64,000 nt of DNA from Candidatus Poseidoniales archaeon (GCA_045567855.1 JBJLCC010000038.1:108-64107), one strand, 5' to 3'. Counted from the stretch's first letter, positions 10,059 through 19,498 are shown. Numbers and translations are program-made. The notes: generated by a model from the sequence alone, not told the origin.

Positions 10059-12319
10059 TTCTTTTTAGGAGCCTTCTTTGGAACTTTCTTCTGAAGAATT
10101 GAGATTAATTTACTTGCAGTACCACTTCTTCCACCTGATAATTCCGAATAAGCAGATACCTCTACTAATTTACATGCAGAATCTTCGTCTAATTCTGCCT
10201 TATTTGCTAAATTTTTAACAAAATTCATCTGCTTAACACTTGTCGGCCTAGGCTTACTATCTGATAGATCTTTTAATTTACCTATTAATGTACTTGCACT
10301 TCCTGATTTCCCGCCAGATAATTCTTCAAAGCTAGATATAGAAACGAGCTCACATGCTTGAGATTCATTCATTTCTAAATTTTCGGCTAAACTTTTTATG
10401 AATGAAACCTGCTTTGCAGTTGGTGGGAGTGACATGCCTTCTGTTTCCTTCATCAAAGAATCAATAAGCTCTCCCATCATTTCACTATTGTATTTTAGAG
10501 GATCATTACCTTGTAACAATTCTTCAAGCTTTTCTGAAGAAACTAATGAAGCTAAACGTTCATAAAATTGTATTTGGCGTTTGGTAGGGAATTCCTTCTT
10601 TTTTCTCAATGCATTATCGTGCAGCTCTCTAAAATAGTTGAGGAACGTTTCCCAAACTTCTGCAGCATCCCTTGAACCTGTTTCAATATTATCTAAATCA
10701 GATTCCATTTCTGATGTAAAATCTGTTGAAAATAAATTTTTATCCTCTTGTTTATAAAATGGACTTACCTCATCCCAAAGTGTAATGCCGTTAGAAGTCG
10801 CCTTTAATCTGCCCCTATCATCACTGCAATATTTTCGGTCTAATAGTTTTTTTATTGTTGCAGCATAAGTTGATGGTCTGCCTATTCCTTCGGATTTCAT
10901 TAATGCTACGAGACCGTGTTGAGTATACCTGGAAGGCGGCTTAGTTTCATCTTCAATCAAGTTAGGATTATTCTCTTTGCTATCTAAACTGAGAATTGAA
11001 TTCTCCTTAATTTCAGGATTTGGTGGAGAAGTCAAAGGTTTCTTATCTATTTTTTCAAACGCAGATTCCCAACCTGGAGAAGTTCTCCATTTAGTATCTC
11101 CATCAAAAGGCTTCGGAAAACCTTCAGTTAATGCTTCAACCTTCATAGAGGACCATTCCGAATTAATCATTTGGCTACCAATAAATCGTGCCCAAATTAA
11201 TCGATATAACTTAGCTTGGGAACTATCGATCCCACTTGGAAGCTCTACCGAAGGATTTGTTGGACGTATCGCTTCATGAGCATCCTGATCTGAAGACTTT
11301 TTGGCGTAAACTACTCCTTTGCCTACTTGATCTGCACCCCAAACTTCAGTTATTTTCTCTTTGGCTACTTGCCTCGACGAAGAACTTGTTCGGGTTGAAT
11401 CTGTTCGCATGTATGTTATATGCCCCGCTTCGTAAAGTCCCTGAGCAAGTCTCATCGTATTGCTTGGCTTCCAGCTATATCTACTTCCTGCAGTTTGCAA
11501 TAGTGTGTCTGTGGTAAAAGGTGCCTTCGGACTCCTCTTGTATGATCTAACACTGACTTTACTTACTTTTATTGAACCATTTGTAGACAAAGACGAGAAA
11601 CCTTTTGATGCTAAGTCAGATACATTAGTTCTATGCGAATCAAACTTCCCTTTTGAATCTCTCCAAGCATCATCATCACTCTTTTCATGAAATTTTGCTC
11701 TAAAATCTATGCCTTGAGCTGTAACTTGTAATGCCCAATATGGTGTAGATATGAAATTTGCAATTTCATGCTCTTTTTTTACTACAAAACCTAAAGCTGG
11801 TGTTTGAACTCTTCCCATTGAACTCAAATTCCAAGATCTAGAAAAACGAGATGCTCGATATCCTATAAGTCGGTCCATGAATCTGCGGACCTTGGCTGCA
11901 TCGACCATTTTTGAATCAACAACCCCTGCAGAATTTAGAGCTTGACGAATTGCCTCTTTAGTAATTTCATTAAATGTAATGCGCTTTATTTCTCTAAATT
12001 CTGAGAAAAGTTCAGCTAATCTCCAAGCTATAAACTCGCCCTCTCTATCTGGATCAGTAGCTATTAGCACTCTTTCGACTTTTTTGCGCCGGGAATCCGA
12101 TAATATGCGTTTAATGTGATTTTCTGAGCGAGGGGTCCAGCTCCAAGAAGGTTCAGGAAGCTGTGATTTTTTATTTGGCCATACCGCTTTACTGCCCTCT
12201 TTACCTGAATTTGGTAAATCCTGAACATGCCCGTTTGAAGCCCTTACAATTACATTCTTACCTAGGTATTTCTGAATTGTTTTTGCTTTCGCTCCGGACT
12301 CTACTATCACCAAATCCAT
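10055..12319 (-). CDS. topA: DNA topoisomerase I, bacterial TopA-like type IA, with a non-zinc C-terminal repeat region
   Basis: 754 aa. It has the Toprim N-terminus MDLVIVESGAKAKTIQKYLG...ASNGHVQDLP and LIATDPDREGEFIAW. The active-site motif is EAGHITYMRTDS (Tyr303 by my count). The C-terminal ~180 aa carries three related ~55-aa modules and a KKVPKKAPKKK tail. No Cys4 zinc ribbons are present. Confidence 0.93.
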   Translation of the reverse strand: MDLVIVESGAKAKTIQKYLGKNVIVRASNGHVQDLPNSGKEGSKAVWPNKKSQLPEPSWSWTPRSENHIKRILSDSRRKKVERVLIATDPDREGEFIAWRLAELFSEFREIKRITFNEITKEAIRQALNSAGVVDSKMVDAAKVRRFMDRLIGYRASRFSRSWNLSSMGRVQTPALGFVVKKEHEIANFISTPYWALQVTAQGIDFRAKFHEKSDDDAWRDSKGKFDSHRTNVSDLASKGFSSLSTNGSIKVSKVSVRSYKRSPKAPFTTDTLLQTAGSRYSWKPSNTMRLAQGLYEAGHITYMRTDSTRTSSSSRQVAKEKITEVWGADQVGKGVVYAKKSSDQDAHEAIRPTNPSVELPSGIDSSQAKLYRLIWARFIGSQMINSEWSSMKVEALTEGFPKPFDGDTKWRTSPGWESAFEKIDKKPLTSPPNPEIKENSILSLDSKENNPNLIEDETKPPSRYTQHGLVALMKSEGIGRPSTYAATIKKLLDRKYCSDDRGRLKATSNGITLWDEVSPFYKQEDKNLFSTDFTSEMESDLDNIETGSRDAAEVWETFLNYFRELHDNALRKKKEFPTKRQIQFYERLASLVSSEKLEELLQGNDPLKYNSEMMGELIDSLMKETEGMSLPPTAKQVSFIKSLAENLEMNESQACELVSISSFEELSGGKSGSASTLIGKLKDLSDSKPRPTSVKQMNFVKNLANKAELDEDSACKLVEVSAYSELSGGRSGTASKLISILQKKVPKKAPKKK

Positions 12320-12374
12320 TGAACCACCTTTTTGAAAGGCTCATTAAATATCTTTTTCTGAACCTTAGAATTTA

Positions 12375-12394
12375 CGGGGGACTATAGTCCCCCG
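12375..12394. repeat. 20-bp perfect GC-clamped palindrome CGGGGGACTATAGTCCCCCG in the topA / CoA-binding-gene divergent intergenic region
   Basis: Read directly: the sequence equals its own reverse complement. It lies 56-75 nt upstream of the topA ATG (12319, minus) and about 88 nt upstream of the ATG at 12482 (plus). A/T-rich TATA-like boxes sit on either side (about 12343-12352 and about 12449-12459). Confidence 0.7.
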
Positions 12395-12481
12395 AGAAAT
12401 ATGGCTTAAAAAAAAGGGAAATATTCTATCTGCAGAAACTAATCTCAAACAATAAAAACTAAAGCTCACATGTAAATTTAG

Positions 12482-12866
12482 ATGGTACTCGAAAAATTAA
12501 AAGAGGAGAATACGGTTATTGCCTTAATTGGAGCCTCAAATGATAAGCAAAAATATGGCAACAAGATATACTGTGACCTCAGGGAGTAAGGGCTACAATG
12601 TTGTTCCGATAAACCCAAAGGAAAGGCTAATTGAAGGCGATAAAGCCTATGCTTCGATAGAGGGAATGGAGACCTTACCTGACATTGCCAATTTTGTGGT
12701 GCCCCCTCCGGTTGCTATGAAAATTACTCCACATATTTCCGAACTAGGAATTAAACACCTCTGGTTTCAGCCTGGTTCTGAAAGTAAGGAATTGGAAACA
12801 TGGCTAAAAAATACTGAAGGAATTAAATATTTAATTAATTCTTGTATAATGGTTGAAACAAGATAG
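12482..12866 (+). pseudogene. CoA-binding domain protein (YccU/YneT-like), reading frame interrupted by one +1 shift
   Basis: The frame starting at ATG 12482 reads MVLEKLKEENTVIALIGASNDKQKYGNKIYCDLRE, then TAA at 12587-12589. The listed ORF (12528..12866, next frame) continues ...KGYNVVPINPKERLIEGDKAYASIEGMETLPDIANFVVPPPVAMKI...LWFQPGSESKE...CIMVE. Together these form one complete CoA_binding_2-type protein if one base near 12587 is skipped. Confidence 0.8.
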
Positions 12867-12868
12867 AA

Positions 12869-15590
12869 TTATACTATTAAATCCTTAATGTTAGACAACA
12901 CGGAAGGTATTTTTTCCGAGCTGCAAGCACCTTGGCCGTATGAAGCTTTTCCGCCTCCACTACCTCCTGCTGAGTGCAAGGCCTCCTTCAGTACAGAGCC
13001 GCCACAGTCAATACCTAGAGAATTAGAGCTCGCCAAGATTATTGAACCTTTGGCCCCTTTAGAAAAACCGATTGCTGCTAGGTTGCCATCGGTTGATGTT
13101 ATTTCCCGAACTAACTTTTGAACTTCTCCCATGTCTGCCTCGCCTAAATTATCCGTGTAGAAATGGATATTTCCTAGCTTTTCAAATTCAACTTTCGAGG
13201 ACTTGAAGGAAGCCAGCTCTTTTTCTAATGAAGAAACTTTACTGCGCAAGTCTTTCCATTCTTTCACAAACTTATGTGCTGCATCGGGTGCCTGTTCTAT
13301 TGAAACTCCGAGCTCTTTTGCTGTCTTTTCCAATAAGGCCCTTTCTCTCTGAGCTGCTTCAATTGCTGCAGGCCCGGCTGAGAATTCTATGCGTTCCACT
13401 CCATCCTGTATCCGCTCGGTCCTCAAAACCTTAACTGCTTCAACTTTTAATGTTGAGGACACATGAGTTCCTGCACACGCTTGCGCATCTATACTAGGAA
13501 TTTCGACTACTCTAACTTCCTTGTACTTTGGAGCACCTCCTTGGTAAAGGGAATTTCCATACTTTAGATCGGCCTCCTCTCTTGAATAAAACTCTGTGTG
13601 CACTTTATGATCTTCTAAAATTAATGAATTTACCCTAGATTCAATTAACTCTACAACTTCTCGCGTTAGCCTTCTGTGGTGAGTTACATCTAATCTGGCT
13701 CTGTCTGTTGACTTTGACGCTCCCGCTTGCCATACGTGAGAGCCTAATATTTCTCGGCAGGCTGCCCCAATCAAATGAGTGGCTGTATGGTGCCTGCTTA
13801 AGCTTGAGCGCCTGTCATCAGTCGACTAATCCTACGATTTCTGTGCCTTCTGAAGGGACTTGAACCTTCAAGCTGATGCAATACTACATCCCCTATCTTT
13901 TGAACATCAATGACTTTACTCTTTATCCCCATTCCATTCAATAGAACCTACATCCCCCAATTGACCTCCACCCTCGGGATAAAATAGGGTCATATCAAAT
14001 GCAACCTTTGATTTCTCACAGTAAATGACTTTTGCAGTAAACTTACGCTTTTTCCATGTCCTGATAAAAAGATAGCTTTGTAGGTGCTACGGGTATAGTC
14101 CTCTGAGGTTCTTTTTTATCCTTGGAAGCACCTTCATGTCTATCTGCCACCATTGCTAAAAATCCATCGGGAACTTCAATAGAATGACCTTGCTCTTCAG
14201 AAAACTCGCTAACTACCGAAGGGGGAAGGCCCTGTGAATCGTATAACTCAAGTAATTTCTCTTTATCAATACCGCCTGAATCTATCGCTCTTTTGACTGC
14301 CCTGCGCCCTCTTTCTAATGTTTGTGTAAATCGTTCAATTTCCAAATTGACCATATCAAGTATATGCGATTTATTTTGGCTTAATTCGGGATAAGTCTCT
14401 GAAAAATTATCAATATGGTGTTTTACCATTTTAGGCAAAATATTCGGAACATCAATATCTTTAGATAATAACACTGTTCTCCTCAAAACCATCCTCGCCA
14501 AATATCCGGCTTTAACATTGCTTGGAACAATGCCATCTCCGAACATAAATGCTAGAGCCCTGGAATGGTCTACAATCGCAAATAATTTTTCTAGAGGCTC
14601 TATTGTTGAAATAAATTCTGCCAGAGATAAATCATATCCTTGAGAATTTAGTCTATCTAGCACCATATTTCGTAATTTTGTCAAATCAGATCCATAATCT
14701 ACAGATAATACTCCACATAATTTAGCATTTTCAGAGATTAACGCTCCAGATGATTCTAACTTTTCAACTAGATTAGCTTCTTTTGTTAAAAATGAAACTG
14801 CATCTGGAAAAACAGATTCATAAATAGTTGAAGTACCCTGAGAAGCCCACACTAATCGCTCTAAACCATAACCTGTGTCTACAATTGATCTAGGCATTCT
14901 CTTAAATTTTATACCCTTAAGCTCTATGTCACCTTCTAGATCTTCTTCAAGATCCATAAAAACTAATGTTGCTAATTCAAGACCGCCTGCTAAAACTTCA
15001 AGTGCTTCACCTCCATTTCCCCCTCCAACCCACGGATTCTCTTTGTAAGTTATTTTAGAACCATCAAGGCCTAGTCCGGTATAAAATTCATGACAGTATC
15101 TGACAGTATCATTTTGCCAATAGTATGTCTTTTCATCATCATTAAAGGCATGGTGAGCCATCATCTCAAAAGTAGTTAAATGTCTGCCACTTCTACCTAC
15201 TGATTCTAGATCATTTAAACGAATGCAAGGTTGTGAAATGGTCAGAGGGTTAGCTGGTGGATTTGAAGAGCCACTTGTAACATGAGGTTGAAATACTGCG
15301 ATTGAAGCAATTGAAAGATAAATGTCATTTCTCCAACGTGCAACTACTGAAGCCCTATCAACCCTCGTGTGTTTATTATTTTCAAAGAACCTTAGAAAAG
15401 CTTCTCTAGCTTCATCTAAATTCATTGGTTTGGGGAACAAAGGCTTCCCAATGAACGAATATTCTACGCAGGGTGCATCGCCGCAAAGCTCGCTTTCAAC
15501 TAGAGACCAGAAATGGCATTTACACTTTGAACAAGTTTGCCTAGTGAAACCCGACTCTTGAAAGAATTTTAGAGTTATGCCTTCGCTCAC
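12869..15590 (-). pseudogene. alaS: alanine--tRNA ligase, intact N-terminal (515 aa) and C-terminal (301 aa) parts separated by a ~240-nt stretch with four +1 frame shifts
   Basis: ORF 14043..15590 is the AlaRS catalytic and tRNA-binding region (MSEGITLKFFQESGFTRQTCSKCKCHFWS..., WVGGGNGGEALEVL). ORF 12869..13774 is the editing and C-terminal region (HHTATHLIGAACREILG..., CAGTHV, GGSGGGKASYGQG). Hand translation of 13775-14045 recovers the missing AlaRS segment in rotating frames (see findings). Confidence 0.88.
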
Positions 15591-15669
15591 GTATTAGTTA
15601 AAGAGTAGGTGGTTAAAAAGTACGGAGGGGCATAAGCATTAATGTTACTGCCAAAGTTGGAATGTCGTT

Positions 15670-17973
15670 ATGCCTTCAAATGCTGATCATAAGCCATACA
15701 TTTCAGCCAAAAAAATTCTACCTGAAATAACAACTAAAGGAATCATTTTAGCGATACTTTTAGGTTTTCTACTAACTGCAGCAAATGTCTATCTAGGGCT
15801 TTACGTTGGCATGACTGTTAGTGCTTCAATACCTGCTGCAGTTATCTCTATGGCAGTACTTAGAAGCTTAGAAAAAGCTAATATTTCTAAAGGCACAAAT
15901 ATCTTAGAGAATAACTGGGTTCAAACCGCAGTTTCATCAGGTGAATCTTTAGCTGCTGGTGTAATTTTTACTTTACCTGCATTAATAATAATGAATAGCC
16001 AAAGTAATGGTGAAATTGGATGGGCTGAATTTCCATATCTCAAGACTGCTATTATCGCTCTTGTAGGTGGAACAATTGGAGTTTTATTTTCTATCAGTCT
16101 TCGAAGAATATTCGTAGTTAAGGAGAAATTGCCGTATCCTGAGGGTGTTGCATGTGCAGAGGTCTTAGTTGCAGGTGAGAAAGGTGGAACTCAAGTTATG
16201 CCGATTTTCATTGGAATTGCTTTCGGAGCGTTGTACAAACTTTGCTCATCTGTTATAGCAAATGGAAAACAAGTTAGTTTCGGATTATGGGAACACGGAT
16301 GGGATGGGTTTTACACACTAACCGGAAAATTAGATCAGTCCGTTGCTTATGCAAAATCTAAAACAACATTCTACCTTGGGGCTGAATTATCGCCAGCGCT
16401 TCTCGGGGTAGGATACATAATTGGACCTGGAATCGCAAGTTTTGTATTTTTCGGAGGGTTACTAGGTGCAATTTTCATAATGCCAGTGGCAAGTTCCATA
16501 CTCAATCCTACTGATTTATTCATCAGCTATATTTCAAGCGAAGCTGCTAATGGAAATGTAGCAAATTATGGTGACTACGCTTCACATATGAATGAACGCC
16601 GGCGAATGGCTGGAGTTGGCACAATGCTTGTTGGAGGTTTGTACACGTTAGTAGTAATGCGTGAAGCCCTCTTCAAGGGAATAACCGAAATGTTCGAAGC
16701 TACGAAACAAACCGTAGCTGAAAGAAAAATGGCTAGAACTGATAAAGATTTACCTGCAAAATCTGTTGCAATCACTAGCCTTGCTATGGCAGTTCCAATG
16801 TTCTTCATGGTATGGTTAATTTCGGGGCTATTGCTGCCTGCCATTCTTTCTCTTATCATTATTTTTACAGCTGGCTTTCTATTTTCTGCAGTTGCCGGGT
16901 ACATGGCTGGTGTCGTAGGTAGTAGTAACAACCCCCTTTCTGGAGTAACAATTATCGTCGTAATATTAACTGCAACTACATTTACTCTCCTCAATAGCTT
17001 TGTTTACAATGGAGAAAATACTGCTGATTTACAAGTTGCAGTCATCGGTGTTGCAGCGTTTGTAGCTTGTGCTGGTGCAATATCTGGAGATAATTTACAA
17101 GACTTGAAAACTGGCTATATTTTGGGAGCTACTCCTTGGAGACAACAAATAGGACAAATTGTGGGAATTACGGCAGGCGCATTAGCAATACCATTGGTCC
17201 TAAATCTTCTTTCCGAACAAATATTAAACGGTGAACTTGCTGCACCTCAAGCATTTTTAATGTCTAGTATAACTACTGGGATTTTAGAAGGCGGTATGGA
17301 CTGGGCTATGGTATTCATGGGCGCAGGCATTGCTTTTTGTCTAATAGCATTAAGGCATACTGAGAATTATATCAACTTACTTGTTTGCTCGTATTTTCTT
17401 TTCATAATTGGCGGATTTCTAGAAGGATCAATACCTTCATTCCTATTTGCTGGAAGTTTACTAGTAGCTGCAACCCAATACTGGATTAAAGATAATGGAA
17501 AATTAGACATCTCAATAATGGCTGTAGCTGTAGGTATGTATCTAAGTCTCAAAATGACAATTCCAATCTTCATAGGAGGGTTAATCAAAATGTATGTTGA
17601 TAATAGATTTGATGATTCATTGAAAAAGACTAATCCTAATTTGCTGAAAAGTGAAAATAGAGCAAAACTTGATGTTGAAAAAGAAAAGAGTCACGGACCC
17701 GGCATCCTCTTTGCTTCTGGATTAATCGCTGGAGAAGCTATTATGGGTATAGGGCTTGCGGCGATGGCAGTTTCCGGCATCTATCTTGGAATCATAAACG
17801 AACCATCAATTTATCCCGGTATAGCTGTATTTGTTGGCTGTGCAATCTTAATGGCTAGGTTTAGCTTAAAAGGAGTTGAAGAACACGAAACTGTGAAAGC
17901 CGAAGAATGGAGCTTTGATGGCGACATTCAAGAAGCTGAAATGGTAGAACAGAAGCCTAAAAAGAAGAAATGA
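15670..17973 (+). CDS. OPT-family oligopeptide transporter
   Basis: 767 aa with about 16 hydrophobic segments. The N-terminus PEITTKGIILAILLGFLLTAANVYLGLYVGMTVSASIPAAVISMAV and ...PYPEGVACAEVL... are typical of the OPT superfamily. The tail is lysine-rich. Confidence 0.85.
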   Translation: MPSNADHKPYISAKKILPEITTKGIILAILLGFLLTAANVYLGLYVGMTVSASIPAAVISMAVLRSLEKANISKGTNILENNWVQTAVSSGESLAAGVIFTLPALIIMNSQSNGEIGWAEFPYLKTAIIALVGGTIGVLFSISLRRIFVVKEKLPYPEGVACAEVLVAGEKGGTQVMPIFIGIAFGALYKLCSSVIANGKQVSFGLWEHGWDGFYTLTGKLDQSVAYAKSKTTFYLGAELSPALLGVGYIIGPGIASFVFFGGLLGAIFIMPVASSILNPTDLFISYISSEAANGNVANYGDYASHMNERRRMAGVGTMLVGGLYTLVVMREALFKGITEMFEATKQTVAERKMARTDKDLPAKSVAITSLAMAVPMFFMVWLISGLLLPAILSLIIIFTAGFLFSAVAGYMAGVVGSSNNPLSGVTIIVVILTATTFTLLNSFVYNGENTADLQVAVIGVAAFVACAGAISGDNLQDLKTGYILGATPWRQQIGQIVGITAGALAIPLVLNLLSEQILNGELAAPQAFLMSSITTGILEGGMDWAMVFMGAGIAFCLIALRHTENYINLLVCSYFLFIIGGFLEGSIPSFLFAGSLLVAATQYWIKDNGKLDISIMAVAVGMYLSLKMTIPIFIGGLIKMYVDNRFDDSLKKTNPNLLKSENRAKLDVEKEKSHGPGILFASGLIAGEAIMGIGLAAMAVSGIYLGIINEPSIYPGIAVFVGCAILMARFSLKGVEEHETVKAEEWSFDGDIQEAEMVEQKPKKKK

Positions 17974-18539
17974 TGGCAAAACGAAATTTCCTTGTTATTG
18001 GTCACAGAGCACATACTGTAGCTGATTGGAAGTTAGATGATATTTGTGGAGGGGCTGGAAGATTAGATGTTTTAGTTAGATCAATAACAGCTTCATTATG
18101 GAAATCACACGGGATTAGAAGAGATACTGACGTATGGCTATCATTAAGAGGAAAACCTAAACCTGACATTACCGTTCACTTTTCGGGTAAAAGCATAAAA
18201 TACCTTAATCCCGATGAAAGATCAACTGCTGCATTAATACGTAATGGTTTAATTAAACTGAGTGAGAGTGAAGGCCCTCTAGAAACAAGTCCGGGTGTAA
18301 CCATGCAAAGAGAAGATTTTGAAGAGCTAGTTAAAAAACTACCAAAACCTGCTTTACTGAGTGAAAATGGTAATAAGGAAGTAAAATCTAATTATGAAAC
18401 ATTTATACTAGGCGATGACAGAGATCCTAGTGATAGTGAAATGGAGACGCTCAAATCATTTGACAAAGTGAAAATCGGAGAAATCAGTCTATTAACTTCA
18501 GCCTGCATAACATTAATACATCACTTCTTAGATGAATAA
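17970..18539 (+). CDS. trmY: tRNA (pseudouridine54-N1)-methyltransferase (TrmY, DUF358 SPOUT)
   Basis: 189 aa. RNFLVIGHRAHTVADWKLDDICGGAGRLDVLVRSITASLWKSHGIRRDTDVWLSLRG matches the TrmY signature (GR.D....R......S.g.R.d). It has a 4-nt overlap with the OPT gene. Confidence 0.85.
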   Translation: MMAKRNFLVIGHRAHTVADWKLDDICGGAGRLDVLVRSITASLWKSHGIRRDTDVWLSLRGKPKPDITVHFSGKSIKYLNPDERSTAALIRNGLIKLSESEGPLETSPGVTMQREDFEELVKKLPKPALLSENGNKEVKSNYETFILGDDRDPSDSEMETLKSFDKVKIGEISLLTSACITLIHHFLDE

Positions 18540-18545
18540 ATAATA

Positions 18546-19496
18546 ATGGAAGCTATAATCCTAGTCGGTGGTTTAGGAACAAGATTGAGACCCTTAACTA
18601 AAACCATACCAAAACCCCTCCTACCTCTGGGAAATATTCCAATGGTCGAGAGAATGATACTAAATCTGCCAGAGAGAATAGATACTGTAATTTTAGCTGT
18701 TAATTATGGTATAGAACAAATGCTTGAATATTTCAAGCAAACCAATGTAGGAAGAAAAGTGATAATTGTTCCTGAAAATGAACCTCTCGGAACTGGAGGT
18801 GCTATGAAAAATTGTGAAAAATATATAACTGGAACTACTGCAGTTTTCAACGGAGATGTCGTAACTTCTTTAGATTTAGAGGAAATGATTGAATACCATA
18901 ATTCAAAAAAAGCAAAAGGCACTTTAGCTTTATGGGAAGTGGATAATCCTAACAGATTTGGAGTGGTAAAATTAGTAAATGGTGAAATACTGGAATTTCA
19001 AGAAAAACCGCCTAAAGGCGAAGAATTATCAAACTTAATAAATGCCGGAACTTATCTCCTTGAGCCTGAAATAATTAATATGATTCCTGAAAATAAGAAA
19101 GTTTCCGTAGAAAGAGACATTTATCCTAAAATAGTAGGTAATGGACTATTTGGAATGCCATTTGAAGGTCATTTCATAGATGCTGGAACTCCAGAGTCTT
19201 ATTTAGAAGCAAACTTCAAATTATTGAAAGCAAAAAATGATGAAGAAAACAATAAAATAAAAGATAATGTTCAAATTCATGAAACTAGCGAAATCGTAGA
19301 TTCCATTATAGGTCCAAATGTGGTAGTTGGCCCTGATACATTTATAGAAAAATCTATGATTTCCAATTCAGTGATACTTTCTGACAGCAAGATTTACGGA
19401 GCTACAATAAGTAATTCTATAATAGGTCCTAAAATTTCGTTAAAAAAAGATGTTGAAAACACAGTAATTGCGCCTGAAGGTGAAAAGGTCTTTTAG
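18546..19496 (+). CDS. sugar-1-phosphate nucleotidyltransferase with a left-handed beta-helix C-terminus
   Basis: 316 aa. MEAIILVGGLGTRLRPLTKTIPKPLLPLGNIPMVE is the NTP-transferase G-loop. The hexapeptide-like C-terminal repeats are (I/V)GPNVVVG..., IS. Sugar specificity is not determinable by eye. Confidence 0.85.
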   Translation: MEAIILVGGLGTRLRPLTKTIPKPLLPLGNIPMVERMILNLPERIDTVILAVNYGIEQMLEYFKQTNVGRKVIIVPENEPLGTGGAMKNCEKYITGTTAVFNGDVVTSLDLEEMIEYHNSKKAKGTLALWEVDNPNRFGVVKLVNGEILEFQEKPPKGEELSNLINAGTYLLEPEIINMIPENKKVSVERDIYPKIVGNGLFGMPFEGHFIDAGTPESYLEANFKLLKAKNDEENNKIKDNVQIHETSEIVDSIIGPNVVVGPDTFIEKSMISNSVILSDSKIYGATISNSIIGPKISLKKDVENTVIAPEGEKVF

Positions 19497-19498
19497 AT

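Noticed and set aside
13815-14054. Programmed +1 frameshifting at in-frame stop codons (several junctions can be drawn as X-TAA/TGA with the T skipped)
   Set aside because: Placing a junction at the first stop is an artefact of how frameshifts are noticed. One junction (about 13860) has no stop codon in the incoming frame. Five such events in 1.5 kb, with none elsewhere, fits regional sequence error better. It is left as a testable footnote only.
12869-15590. alaS as a naturally split two-gene system (as in Nanoarchaeum equitans)
   Set aside because: The ~270 nt between the two ORFs still encode contiguous AlaRS sequence in shifted frames. There is no start codon or independent N-terminus for the second half, so this is a frame-disrupted single gene, not a clean split.
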